A stretch of 59,288 nt of DNA, filler included, from Sphacelaria rigidula (GCA_964200075.2; 9 parts of 9 records of this genome joined end to end with filler, not necessarily neighbours in it), one strand, 5' to 3'; shown: positions 36,378 to 49,720, counted from the first letter of the whole stretch. Numbers and translations are program-made. The notes: generated from the sequence alone by a model not told the origin.

Positions 36378-39300
36378 CCCCCCCATTGACTGCGGTGTTA
36401 AATGTAAGGTTCAAGGACCATGTTTAGTGAACAGAACTACCCGCCGGAAAAAGAACTCTTCCGCTCACGGCGCATTCAACAGGTGTATCCTCTCAAGAAA
36501 AGAATTTCATCAGCAAGCGTAAAACCACCGTAAATCCCACAATTCGTCACTTCTTTCAACGACTATGGGACCAGCCAAGAATTAAATGCATCGGTACATT
36601 TCTTTTCACACCAAGACAAAAAAAAACAGGGATGGATGAGCTGTGTGTTTTACCACACTGTAGCTCCTGATGGTCAACCCAAGCGAAACGCAAGTCAAAT
36701 TCTTCAACTGTACTCGCCAATGCCCCTTACAATAGCGTGGGTGGCCGTACTTAGCATTCGAGTAACCTGCACTAAGCACGCGAGACCAAGCTCCTAGGTA
36801 ACATATATGAACCCAGACAACACAGTGCAGTTGACAACTTTGAAAACTCGGACCACATGTTGCAAAATCCACTTCACAGTCAGTCAGCTGCCTACAGTAC
36901 AAGAATCAAATTTCAAAATTCAAAGTCAGCAATCCGTACTACAGTAGTGCCTACGTCATCAAACCAAACTAGACACTCACTACATCTACTTAACCCCGTA
37001 TTTCCCCTCGGTGACCGGCGAAGTAAAGCAGCTCAACGCCTCCAGACAAAACACACGATCAGCATCAGTCCCCCCCAATTCTTGCTAATCAAAGTTTTCC
37101 CCCCCGCGCGCTTCTAGGCCACGGGGAAGGAGTGCTGCATTCATCATCTTTCCCCCGTAGCGGGGAGATTTGCAGCGAGGGACTGATCTTGATCCTGGTC
37201 GGTCACCGCCCTCCAAAACCAACCGTCACCTCGTGCTCGTGTCAGCCGTACAGACAGCATCTGTGTCAGACAAAGATGGCGTTTGGAGGCTCAGCGTCTC
37301 ACATATCGTGCAGACCCGAGGGGAATGGGCAGTGGGACAACAGAAAGGAAAAGTATTCATATCCATGTTACTCAGGCGCGTAAATCACCAACCGATAAAC
37401 ATACTCTCACCACGTACCGTACTGTGGTGTCGCGTTACGGCAGTCGCGAACGCACACCCACATATTTTACGTGGATCCAGTATTATTATTTCAACTCTTC
37501 ACTTCTCCTTCACATACCACACATGGATCAAACGGCAGTTCGGCCGCTGCCATCCTGGTTGCATGAAACAGTACACTTTGCCTTTTACATGCCGTGCCAA
37601 CATGTGTAAACCTGTATGGAATTCGCCTGGCCAGCCAACCGAGCAACGACCAGCTCCCATATGGGTGATACAATGCACTCTTCTTTCATCATGCTGTGCA
37701 CATGAACCGCATCTCGCACATAACGTCAGCTCTATCTATTAGCCATCAAATATGGGTCCCATGCGTTTTGCTGACCTGTAGCACAGGAATTTCATTTGTG
37801 CCCACAGTCACTCTTCCGATATTATCATGATCAGGCCAAGCTACTAGTATTGCGTCATGCTCAGTCCTTGCTCCTACCATAACAACGAAGTCTCATGAAC
37901 CAATCCAGTGAAGAAGCCGATGCCTCGCGAATCCTACACCTCTCGGAATGATAACAACTTTTTCACTTAGATGTCGAGTTTCGGAACCCACCTGAAATTT
38001 TGTGGTCTCAACCATCGGTCATCCGCATACCCCTCTGCGGAACATTTTACAGACATCATCCTCTAGTCTAGTCAGACAATGGTGCCCCACGTGCCTGTAC
38101 TCACCAAGGCAACGAACAATGTTCCACCTCAACCGATCGAGTAAGGGTGTGGTGCCCCACAGTCCTGCGCTCATCGGGGTGGCAACAATGTTACACATAA
38201 GCGTTGAGTTTCGGCATCCATGTCAAACCATGTTCTCAACACTCTTCACGCACTTCACTCTGTGCAATTTTACCGACGCCGTTCCACAGTCAAGTCAAGT
38301 CGCGGTGCCCCGCTCTCCTCACACTTACAAAAACGGCAGACGATGTTCTACTCCTCAATCGAGTCGAAACAAGCGCGCAAAGCAAGTCTGCACTCATCGA
38401 GACAGGAATTCGTCAAACATCAACGCTGAGATTCGGTGTCCATATCAAAAATATGATCTCAGCATTGTCCAGAGATATCCAACATCTCGATCCACCTGGG
38501 CAACAACCTTTCCTTGGGTACATGAATCGCTATCTGCATGACGGTCACGAACACTCAAAACATAAAAACAAACGGGTATTTGAGTCATGCATAGGTCTCA
38601 TGCCATCATTTTTTCAAAAGGCTTCTGCGTCCGCTTCCGAACATACTGAAGAATCGCTACTACCCGACGACCCTACTGCCATCGCTGTATCTTCGTTTTC
38701 TCCTGTATTACAATCCTAAAAAGAATGTCCCTTTTTTCCGCATCTCATACAATGTCGTTCCGGACAGTCACGCGCGAAGTGTGCTGTTTGCTTCCGGCAA
38801 ATCCAACACCGCCTCTCCTTTTCAGAACCATTTTTTCACGCCCATCAGGTTTCGAATCCCCCGTATCTCCCGAGGTCTCTTGTAAATTCGTAAATTCCTT
38901 TTTTTTTTCGACTTCCCTTGCCACTTCACGGGGGTCCTGGCAAGTTTCCTGTGTCATACGGAAATATTTCCTGTCTGTCACGTGAGGCGCTTATGAAAAC
39001 TGCGGCACTAACTTGTGTCAAAGAATCATCATCACGGAACAACGGCCAATTTTTCTCCTTACTATCAACCTTCTCATCGAATCTTTCATCAACACGAAAA
39101 CAACTCTTCACGCCTAGATGAGGGTAGTAAGCCGGGGACTCCTCGTTCATACTTACTTGGGCGGATCCATCGCCCGTGGATCCTCGGCGAGGGCCTGATA
39201 CAATCCCTACACTGAGTAGTGACCGGACCCTCCCTGTTCCGGCACCGGCGACGGTGTGCCTTCCGTCGCCTGCCTCCCCCTCCTCGTCCGCTGCCGCTCC

Positions 39301-39494
39301 GGGGCCAGTGGACGATGTCCCGCGCACTAACTGGGACACCTTCATCGTCTTCAACTCCGCCAGCTGGTCGGTGATATCCGCCATCGAGTCTTGCAAGCTG
39401 GCGACATTCTCTTTCACCTCCAGCATCTCTGTTGGAGACGATGTGTCTCCCACGACGGCCGAGTGTCTTTCCGCAGTGCTCCAGTCCGCCATCG
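36378..39494 (-). mobile_element. Heavily decayed copia-like LTR retrotransposon (gag-like, RT and RNase H remnants, PPT)
   Basis: Gag-like KEKNWPLFRDD (~39050), FDPCV (RT-like, ~37525), DCEVDFATC and KNLTCVSL (RNase H-like, ~36690-36880), and a G tract followed by TGTT at 36377. Many stops and frameshifts. Confidence 0.5.
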
Positions 39495-39594
39495 NNNNNN
39501 NNNNNNNNNNNNNNNNNNNNNNNNNNNNNNNNNNNNNNTTAATTAATTAANNNNNNNNNNNNNNNNNNNNNNNNNNNNNNNNNNNNNNNNNNNN
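39495..39594. other. Artificial contig linker
   Basis: N-run-TTAATTAATTAA-N-run. Confidence 0.98.
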
Positions 39595-41054
39595 GTAGGG
39601 ATCGAGACGGGGGGGGCAGGGGGGAGCGGGGGGGTGGGTTGGGTGTGGTGGGGGGTGGGGCGGGGGGGGGGGGGGGGGGGGGGGGGGGGACACCTAGCCG
39701 TGTGTCCCCTGGTTTTTTGCCGAAGCGTTGGCGGATGCAGCTGCCGTAGACTGTAGAGATACTCATGTATATTATATACCATATATTATATCTCATATAT
39801 TAAATTATACATCATATAATATATGAAATATAATAAAGGTCTGTATTATAGGTCTATAATTCAGTCCCCTCGTCCTGAAACATCTGTTTTTGAATTTAAT
39901 TGGTGTTGCAAAATATCCCACTGGCGTTACTCAGACGTACGTCAAAACCTCGCCGTCTCTCAGCGGAGTCATCGCTCGTACCATGCAAGACCTAACGGAC
40001 TGATGACTCTACGGTGAGTCCCAAATACAGTAAGGTAGGTAGGTCTCAAACACAGTAAGGTAGACAATATGATAACGTACCGTATCGCCCTTGCAGCTTC
40101 TTCATAACGGATCGCCCTGTCCGTCGTCTTGGGCCATAATTCCCGATTGCCATCTACCGCCTCCAACGCTAATTTGATATACCTCATCGCTTGGCGCCTC
40201 CAACATCAATCCAAGGCTCGATTTCTACCCACTCGTGCTCATCGGTCAAATCGGCGAATCTAGCATTATTTTACCCAGCAGATTTAACCCGACATATAAG
40301 TCATAAATTGGTACGTTGATTTCGACGGACGACCCGATGTGCGCATCGGCTGGTTCGTCAATTTTACTCCCCGCTCGTTCAAATCGGCGAATTGGCTAGT
40401 TCAATTTTTTTTTCCTATTTTTGGTGGGGGTCTCGACACGTTCCATTTCTTGGACAAGCCGTCATTTTATTCCTATTTTTTGGTGCAAATCCCACTGACG
40501 GTTTTTGTGTTCGTGAATCGGCATCATTTTGACTTGACAATGACTGAAAATGATGCCGATTCAATTGAACAAAACATTTCAATGGCTTCCAAAAAGGTCA
40601 AGAAGTTGCATTTCTCAGACGGGCCGCCGTGAACAGCCGCCATATACAGTCGTGCTGACAGGCTATTCTTCGAATGTTACTCCCCGCTTGCCCTTGTCGG
40701 CGAATTCGTAGAGTTTCTCTACTATTTTTTGCAGATTACATACGTTGCTTTTCACACACGACCCGTAGCTCTATATACAATGGCTTCACGTTCGAGCTCT
40801 TCGGCTAATTTCAAATGTTCTCAAACGTTGGCTATTTTTATTTCCATCTGCAAACTCCCATATAATCCCAGACACAAAAGATCCGCTTCTGTGTCGATCC
40901 GGCACGTCCAACATTCATGTCTCGCCCGAACCCAACCCCACGCCATTATTTTTGGCATCACTAACACAGCGTAAACTATACTGCACGTTAATATGTCGAC
41001 CCCACTGATTTCTTTCAACGTCCCGAGTACAGTGAAGTGGTTGAGAGCGCGGTG

Positions 41055-41345
41055 TTTCCATCAGAGGGGATCTCAAGGCACAGGATAGTAGGTACCTTCA
41101 ACAAGGGGTCGACGGGGTCATACTTCCGTCTTCCTGAGTGCTGCCAGCTTGCGACACCGAGGCAAGGATCTCGTATCCGGTCATCCGCGGACGGTTCAAG
41201 CTGAAAGCTTGGGATCGGATACGATCCCCTTGGCGTCCTCAGCGTTGCAAGCTGGCAGCACCCAGGAATACGGACGTGAGGCCACGTCCACTCCTTGTGG
41301 GATATGCCTATAACCCTGTGCCTTGAGATCCCCTTTGATGGGAAA
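41055..41345. repeat. ~290-nt imperfect foldback (candidate pre-miRNA or foldback MITE)
   Basis: Arms 41055-41182 and 41213-41345 are complementary along most of their length. Confidence 0.75.
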
Positions 41346-41514
41346 ACCCTTCACCAAGTACACAGGCCACTCGATCGCGGACGATAACGGATATCACTGG
41401 GTTCGACAAAATATATACGTCCGCTTCTCTTCTGAAGGATTGGTGGTTCTTTTCTGTCGGAACACTTGCGCAGGCCGCTGGTCTGATTGCGAAAATTGCC
41501 GAGTCTTTGGAAAC

Positions 41515-41812
41515 CCCGTGCTGATTTTTGTTTTTGCGAATCGGCATCATTTCCAGTTATTTCCAAGTCAAAATGATGCCGATTCACAAAAAGAAGAATC
41601 AGCGCCAGTGCTGATTTTATTTTTGTGAATCGGTATCATTTTCAGTAATTTCCAAGTCAAAGTGATGCCGGTTCATCGACACAAAACCAGCACTGGGTTC
41701 TCAAAGGTCAACCCTTAGACCGCGAGGTTAGTCTTCTGTTGAATTGGCATCAATTTCAAGTGAAAAAAGTATGCATGATCCAGAAAGACTAATCTCGCGG
41801 TCTAAGGGTAAA
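41515..41812. mobile_element. piggyBac-like MITE cluster (a related palindrome lies at ~40500-40575)
   Basis: CCCTTAGACCGCGAG...CTCGCGGTCTAAGGG (41712-41808) flanked by TCAA and TAAA. Contains GAATCGGCATCATTT/AAATGATGCCGATTC palindromes. Confidence 0.65.
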
Positions 41813-41829
41813 GTTATTTTTCGATCCAT

Positions 41830-42715
41830 ATTGTCTTCCCCCCTGCCCAAGAAATACAATCCAACCATCCATCCATCCAACCATCCATCTTCAATCAACC
41901 TTGAATTAATTTCTATAAATAATTAATTTCTAAAAATTCAATAAATTACAGTAATTGCGTATTCCCGTATTGTCCTTCCCTTGTCCAAAAAATAAAATCC
42001 ATCCAACCATCCAACCATACATCCATCCTCAATCAACCTTTGATTTTTTTATTAATTAATTTTATGTTATTTATACCAAAAAATAAAACCCATCCAACCA
42101 TCCAACCATCCATCTTCAATCAACCTTTAATTAACAGTAATATTATTATTATAGTAATATCATCAATTAATTAATTTATGAATCAATTAAAGGTTGATTG
42201 AGGATGGATGGTTGGATGGTTAATTATATACTCTATTATATTGTATACAGTATACTCATATGTTACATATAATTATTTATAAATATTTATCCCATCCTCA
42301 ATCAACCTTGAATTAATTTCTTTCATTAATCAATTTCTAAAAACTCAATAGATTACAGTAATTGCTTATTCTCTTGTTGTCCTTCCCTTGTCCAAGAGAT
42401 AAAATCCATCCAACCATCCAACCATACATCCATCCTCAATCAACATTTGATTTTTTTATTCATTGTTTATATGTTATTTATACCAAAAAATAAAATCCAT
42501 CCAACCATCCAACCATACATCCTCAATCAACCTTTAATTAATACTGATATTAGTATTATAGTAGTATTAGTATAATGGTAATGCAATCAATTAATTAATA
42601 CATCAATCAATTAAAGGTTGGTTGAGGATGGATGGATGGTTAATTATATACTATATTATTATATTGTATACAGTATATTCATATCTTACATATAATTGTA
42701 TATAAATATTTATCA
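41830..42715. repeat. AT-rich tandem duplication (~410-420 bp) with CCAT/CCAA microsatellites and internal inverted repeats
   Basis: ~41885-42290 is repeated at ~42293-42713. Each unit has CATC.TCAATCAACCTTTAATT and its reverse complement. Confidence 0.8.
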
Positions 42716-43727
42716 AGGGGCAGTTGAAAATATATTATATAATTACATATGAATATATATATGTTGGATAATATATATGATAGTTGTATGATATACTATA
42801 TATAAATATCTACAGAAAAACACATGAAGCAGAAGCAAACATACACCCCGCAAAGTCGGCATACGTTTTGGATCTTGTCAATGTTTATTAATCAATTTCT
42901 TGCAACAAAGTTGACAGAAAATACAACAAAGATCAGGATAATTTCGATTGTCGAAAAAATGCCCTCCGGCATCTGAGGTCATCGGGACAAAACGGGGAAG
43001 GAGTAGAAGCAGATATACGAACCCGCAAAGTCCACCAGACTTTTCAGTTTTTGTCAGCGTTTGTTGATCAATTTCTTGTAATAAAATAAACAGAAAAACG
43101 TGTTTATTGATAAATTTCTCACAACAAAGTTGACAAAAAAATCGAAAAAATCATGATAATTTTCGAAAAAATGCCCTCCGGGAGGGGCGGGGGGCGGGGG
43201 GGGCTACGTGTTCGAAATTTTTCTCCGCGCTGCCCCCTGGTGGATATTATGAAGATTTTAATTCCCCGGGTTGTCACCCCCAATAAAAAATCCATCCCCA
43301 GTGATTTGTAAAATCCCGTGTTTTGTGCACGGTTCAGATATGGTCATCATGTGAGATTTTTTTTTCTTGCCTTCCTGTTCAAAGATGCTACATGGTCTTG
43401 CGAGACGTGTGCACGGTCTACAGATAGCCATCAATCAATCAGAGGGTCAATCAATCATTCAACCAGTCGATCATAACGTGAGAGTTGACCCTGCACGTGA
43501 TTCGCCCTTGTTGTTGCTAGATCGCCGGCATCACCTGCTGTATGTCGTTTTTGTTGAATGCCGCGGAGCTGCTACTTTCGATTGTCGCTTACATGTATTC
43601 GTGAATACAGCGCGATATTTGCTGTCCAGAAAGTATACGGCATGCCAGGCGAGTATCGGCTGCCGTTCAAGATTTGACGGATGTGGTTGCCTCGGATTGC
43701 GGTGCGGTATCTTTACCTTCCGCTCCT

Positions 43728-44035
43728 AACGAAGTTTTCGTGAGATTGAGAGTACAGCGCGGATTGAAGTGGCTTTGATCATTCGTCTTAACTTAGCCAT
43801 TTTTTCATCCCGTGCGCGCTCTCATTAGCTTGCATCTCTGCTGTGTGCTTACAGCTATACACGTCGATATCCTACTCAGGGATAGCAAGGGCCCCAGTGG
43901 CAAGCTACTACAGAATGCATGCAGGGCCTCGTGAAGGAGTATTTCGGAACTGAAACGGTTCATTCATTCACTAATACTTGACCGCTTTTTACACTCAATC
44001 GTATCGTCTACTCTCAATCTCACGAAAACATTGTT
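43728..44035. mobile_element. MITE, TTCGTGAGATTGAGA TIR family
   Basis: GTTTTCGTGAGATTGAGAGTA / TACTCTCAATCTCACGAAAAC. Confidence 0.75.
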
Positions 44036-44242
44036 CCCTGTCCCCACACAAACATCAGGGAATCGAAATAGACAGCATGCACGCACACGTGAGCTCAAAA
44101 TCTAGCTAATATCAGAACACACCTGATTCTCAGCCACCACTTCGTTCCTCTCGAGCTAAGCTGCCGTCAAGGTATCATCGTGCTGGATATTGGAAAATGA
44201 CAGTCCCAGGATCGGCAGACCCTGGATGCAGGTGCGGGTCAT

Positions 44243-45107
44243 TAGACCACTTTGTATGGCAGTCGAAAAAACGGATCTGGGCGCAGATCAGGGGACCTCA
44301 GATCCGGAAACGCACTGTATCGCCCCGATTTATTTGCACAAATAAATTTGCACAAATCGGGGAAGCTCAGGGTTTGTCACGATTTGAGAACGGTTTTACA
44401 CGCATCTGAGCCCAGATCCGTGGAAAATCGAGGTCCCCCGAATCTGGAGCAACTGACGTACGTATGTTGACGTACAGTGATGGGCGCAACAGGCGTTTGG
44501 TATTGTGCAACAACAGCAGCAGCAGACAGTCTCGTGGCAGGACAAACAGTGCCTGCGAGCGCCGGCTGCTGGAGAAGCTCCGCACGGGGTTTGACAAGCG
44601 GATAAGAAGTGTTGACGCCGTACCCTGCGGTGATGGAAAAATTTCATGCTGCACTGTGCTGCTGTATGCATCATCATAACGAATGGTACTGTACTATTCT
44701 TCACTACTGTCGCGGTTACTATTCTCAGAGTGACGAATGGCACTGTACTCGTGAACTGTCACACACCGTGCACTGTTCTCACAATACCGACGGTACCATC
44801 ATGTATCACCACACGGCATTATCTTGTACTGTACTGTGACTGTGCAGTGTACTGCACTGCATCATACCCTAGGGTACTACGGTACGACACTGCTCTTGAA
44901 GGATGATTACCTGCCTGCCTGTTCTCCGGCTTCACTGTACCACACCCGCCCAGAAAATGACCGTTCGTGTATAGAACAATTTCGACACATCTGTGGAGCC
45001 ATACAGGGGTGAACACGAATCTGAGTTTCACGAATCTGGGTGCCCCCGATTTGGCACAGATTCGGGTCCTGACAGATTCGGGATTGCCTGCCATACAAAG
45101 TGATCTA
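44243..45107. mobile_element. TA-flanked non-autonomous TIR element followed by a partial tandem copy
   Basis: TAGACCACTTTGTATGGCAG / CTGCCATACAAAGTGATCTA. The next copy starts on the shared TA at 45106. Confidence 0.75.
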
Positions 45108-45291
45108 GACCACTTTGTACGGCAGTTGAAAAATCGGATCTGTACGCAGATCCGGAAACGCATTGATTTGATTTGATTGATTATCTCACATTAGCTGATT
45201 ACAACAATCCAGCCCTTGGTCAGGAGCAGCAAAAATCGGACAGAATAATAAAGAAGAACAAATAAGAAAGGGACAGAAAAAGACAGCATTG

Positions 45292-45862
45292 TACGAGCTG
45301 GGCCAGCCTAGAGGCGGACTTGAAGTTTGCAGGCCCATTTTCTTTTATACATTTAGAGTTGGACCCTGAAATACGGTATGGACAGTGCATAGGGCATAAA
45401 AAAATCAATATGAGTTAGGGGCATTTTACTGATACAATTATTGACCTTAACTCATGAAGAAAAAAAATTGTGGTACCGCAGTAATTTTTTCATGCCTTAT
45501 GCATTGCCAGTACCAAATTTCAAGGTCCAACTCTAAATGTATAAAAGAGAATGGGCCCATCAAAAACCGGGTCGGTAGAAATTCGGAACAGTATTACGCA
45601 GGCCACTCACCGGCCCACATTTGGTTTTGGTGTATTGAAATTCGGTATGGGCGCTCTCTAAGGCATATTCAACAAAAAAAAGTGGGTCAGGTTGATTTTT
45701 TTTCAATTTTTTCACTGGTTCAGGGCGTTCTCTACTATGGTGAAGACCATTTTTTCACGAAGACGCCCTAACCTCTATTGAAAAAAAAGTATGAAGGCAC
45801 ATTTTTTTTTTATTCGGCACTCTTTTGTGGTTCTCCATACTCCAAAATTCGTCGCCATCCGC
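45292..45862. mobile_element. Truncated copy of the TA-CGAGCTGGG TIR family
   Basis: TACGAGCTGGGCCAGCCTAGA start, colinear with 17050-17640, interrupted by the CAGTGTTACGCC element. Confidence 0.8.
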
Positions 45863-46092
45863 CAGTGTTACGCCGGGGGTTAGTGTCACGTTTCCCACCA
45901 CCACCCCCAAAATGAAGACGCGACGGGGTCTAAGAAGTGTACAGACGGTAATATAGCAACTAAAGCGATACACGGCTGTAGTATGTATCTGAAGCTACCT
46001 TCTCATCCCAGTCCGGCTCGATTCCACCCCGTACAGCTCGCAAACCAGCGATGGATATCCCTGAAAAAAGTATTGCTTTTTTGTACAAGCGA
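45863..46092 (+). mobile_element. Terminus of a hAT-like non-autonomous element
   Basis: CAGTGTTACGCCGGGGG start. Highly similar to 58957-59185, with homology starting sharply at CAG. Confidence 0.7.
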
Positions 46093-46192
46093 NNNNNNNN
46101 NNNNNNNNNNNNNNNNNNNNNNNNNNNNNNNNNNNNTTAATTAATTAANNNNNNNNNNNNNNNNNNNNNNNNNNNNNNNNNNNNNNNNNNNN
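46093..46192. other. Artificial contig linker
   Basis: N44-TTAATTAATTAA-N44. Confidence 0.98.
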
Positions 46193-47027
46193 TGGATGAG
46201 CGTTATTGATCCACAACAAGCCTGTTCGAACAATCGTTGCTGCTTTCAACGACGGTCTGACTCGAAATTTCGAGCAACAAATGCCCCAAATACCCCCACC
46301 CCTATCGTAGGATGGCTTGTATAGTATAGATGTTGTCCAAACAAGTGGGAATCCCGGCTGCTTGTCCGCCACTTCTTAGAGAAGGTTGCGATTCGCATGA
46401 TCATTTCATGTTTCGGTTCTCTAAACCTCGGCGGTAGTATCATACATAGAGGAGCTCGGTGCTTTACACTTCGATATGCAGTAATATAATAATAATAATG
46501 AGGGTTGCCAAAGCCGCATCATTGATGATGGTACTCTTCGAAATACTCAGAAATATAATTTCAGATTCTCCATGTCTCCCATCACATACAAAGTATCATT
46601 AAAATTAGACTCAGTATTTGACCAAGAACGCATTGTGAGGTGAAACCAAGGAACACAAAAGAGGCTCCCCCTATCCCGCTTTCACTGCTCCGTGTCCCCT
46701 ACATTGGAAATGTGGCTTGTCTGAGTACAAACGTATGCGGCACAGTGTTCAACTGCTAAACGACAGGAACAACGGTTGAACTCGTGAACTGCGCTTCACC
46801 TGGCCAAAATAACACACACTCACTTTCTACTTTACAGTAAACTGATGATAAGCTGGTGGGCTTGCTTGAGGTAGGTGGCTTTGGCGCGTAAAAGCGTTGG
46901 GACGTCAATCACTTCACCAAACTCTTGATTCTAAGAAGTTGTTCATCTAAGCCGTTGATACCGTAGACTTCGCGTACCAAACTTTCCATCATTCTCACAG
47001 CATGCTAACCTTCTGTATGCGACCTTC

Positions 47028-47323
47028 AACAATATTTTCGTGAGATTGAGAATAGACGATGAGATGAAAAGTGAGAACCGGTCAAATAATGAATGAATCT
47101 GTTCAGTTTCGAGATCACCCTTCACGAGGCCCGATACGCTTTTTGCGGTAGCTTGATACTGAAGCCCGTGATGTTCCTTAGCAGGATAATAACGACGTGT
47201 AGCTGTCAGCACACGCACTGTTACAAGCCGAAAAAGCACACGTAACCAAACACTGGGCCAGTAACGCGAATGACACTCATTCTCAATCGTGTCGTCTCTT
47301 CTCAATCTCACGAACACATTGCT
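47028..47323. mobile_element. MITE, TTCGTGAGATTGAGA TIR family
   Basis: TTCGTGAGATTGAGAA / TTCTCAATCTCACGAA, with size similar to 43728-44035. Confidence 0.75.
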
Positions 47324-47349
47324 CTTCATATTACTGAGCTATTGCTCTT

Positions 47350-47724
47350 AACACTATATTCGTGAGATTCAGAGTGTAGGTTCAGATCCGGAGTCAGGAT
47401 TTCAGACGGAAGAACTGTTCTCTTTGTGGTCGATTCTTATGCAAAACCGTTCGCGTCACAAACCCGCCAACATTGGAGGCTGAAATCCAAACGTTCCGAA
47501 CGGAAGAACTGTTTTCTTCGTGGTCGATTCTTATGCAAAATAGTTCGCGTCACTAATCAACCAATCCGAGTGACAAACGTGCGTGTTTTCACAACCTCCA
47601 ATGTTGGCGGATTAGTGACGCGAACTGTTTCGCATAAGAATTGACCACAATGAAAACAGTTCTTCCGTATGAAATCCTGACTCTGAATCTGAATCTACAC
47701 TGCGAATCTCACGAATATGGTGTT
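47350..47724. mobile_element. Foldback MITE with ~130-bp arms, related termini
   Basis: AACACTATATTCGTGAGATTC...GCCAACATTGGAGG is inverted at 47594-47724, with an internal partial duplication. Confidence 0.8.
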
Positions 47725-48191
47725 CCTTGTCCTTTCATCTTACCACGAATTTTGCTCTTGATACTGAACTGTGATTGATTCTGACGCCAAGGTCGAGAAT
47801 ATATTTTGAACAGTCATTCCTTGAACCCCAACACCCGACTCCATTGTTCCTCAGTTTGCGCGACACGATCGCACCTCTCGGAAAAAAATAACCGAAACCG
47901 ACGGCACACACAAACAAGCCAACAAATGGAGTTGAAGAACCCTGACGACGTTCATTGCAGGAAGCCAATATCTGTTCCGCCATGGAGCCACATGGAGCAG
48001 CGAGTTATGTGCTGTATAAAAATGATAGGGTGATACATATATCCATGTTTCAGATTGCAAGGCGTCCGTGTCGCCCGGTGCCTCATACATTGGGCACACG
48101 AATTCCCGGTCACCAAACAGAAACGAGTCCAATACCGTGCAGAGTTGATAGGATACTGAAACCCGACCAAATGAGTATGACAGGTGTCGGG

Positions 48192-48598
48192 AGGCACCCT
48201 GAACGCACTGGACTGATATATGTTGGTCCTAGGAAAACCTGAGTCCATTGCAGTACAATTGCTTTGCGTACACATGGTGTTGCTTGCAACACCTCGGTTC
48301 ATACCAGTGCAACTGCAGAGCTATTCAATCGATGCTTTAAATACGCGAATATGCTGTCTGTACGGTGCGTGTTTTGATCGGCAGGCACCCTGAACGCGCT
48401 GTGCTTATACATGGTGTTGCTAGAAAAACCTGGGTTCATAGCAGTACAATGGCTTTGTTCGCACATACATGGTGTTGCTTGCAAAACCTCGGCTAATACC
48501 AGTGCAACTGTAGAGCTATTCAATCGATACTATCTTTACGGTGCGTGTTTTGATTGTGAGGCACCCTGAATGCGCTGTGCTGATACATGGTGTCATGA
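48192..48598. repeat. ~180-190-bp tandem repeat, a little over two units
   Basis: AGGCACCCTGAA recurs at ~48192, ~48382 and ~48559. TACCAGTGCAACTG.AGAGCTATTCAATCGAT occurs twice. Confidence 0.8.
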
Positions 48599-49094
48599 TA
48601 CACCGGCATACCCGGAGAGCGTCATCAATCATCGCATTGGAGACGAATGTGACCTGACATCGCACAGCATTTCCTCCAAAATACTCCAGTGCGACTCAGA
48701 GGCTTCAGGTCACTACAGCCCGACTAACCGAACATGTCTCGAAGGCGTCTCGCGGAAGTGTGAAACGGCGTCATGATCAACCTCTCCAGAACAACGTATA
48801 GCAACCGATGCATCGACGCGTCTGCAGCGATATAATAACTTTTGGGCCTGTCGGTAGTGGCCGTTGGACCATGGATCAATTCGACGGTAAAAGAACGAGT
48901 CTTCTGCCGTTCAGCGCGTGATCCCATGGGGTTCAGGTGATTAAACGACGTGCTCTTGACTACTTCTCCGTAACAGCTCACATTTTCCAGCCATCAACTT
49001 CCACGATAGCGGTCGGCAGTATCACACCTTTGCCGTCAACGAACGAAACAAATTACCCCCTATTGTTCATGTTTACGCTCGCGATGTGTCTCAC

Positions 49095-49175
49095 CTCCAA
49101 AACCCCCAGCAGTGTTATTAGCGAAAGTCGTATTACCATCGATGACGAGGGCGCTTCCACTCACATTGAGGGCAC
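49095..49175 (-). CDS. Single-repeat exon of a polymorphic-outer-membrane-protein-like (GGAI/FxxN beta-helix) protein
   Basis: Pyrimidine tract plus CTGCAG|, donor G|GTGAGA, 81 nt, phase 1-1. Encodes (G)ALNVSGSALVIDGNTTFANNTAGGFG(G). Confidence 0.75.
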
Positions 49176-49720
49176 CTGCAGCGAGACAACAAAACAAATC
49201 GAGTACAGCATTTATAAAATGCGCCTACATGACGGGTTGTCACATCAGATTCTGCGCTAGTTTTCGGACGCGAAGCACTTTGAACGTGCCGTCTTGGAGA
49301 TGATGTACATCATGGTGGTATTGGCTGCCTCTTGATATTTGAATCTTTACACTTGTCCTATCTTCGAGTGATATGGCAGCGACTTATCAGTACAAATAAT
49401 AGAGGTGCAGATACTGCCGCACTGGGGGCATGGGAAAGATCTCGCAGCTCTCCATGACGTGGGGCTGGAAAAAACGGTGCCCCCCCTCGCCCCCTCCGAT
49501 GCTTTTTGTCATCTCTTGTCTCCTCTCTCTATTTTCGCCAAACATTGAGGCATCAGAGCGTTGTTTTTTGGTGGAGCAAGCTCCTGGGACTGTGCTGTCT
49601 ATATTTGAGGGTCCGCTGTCTTGCTCGCGGATCAAGCACCGTGATACAGGAGCCATGGTGTCCTCGTTTCGGCCGGTCGCGACACTGATCGTCGGGCCGT
49701 CCCTCGTACTTTGCTTGTAA

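Noticed and set aside
47735..47870. Second Pmp-like exon starting GAIVS on the minus strand
   Set aside because: Poor acceptor and no FxxN motif.
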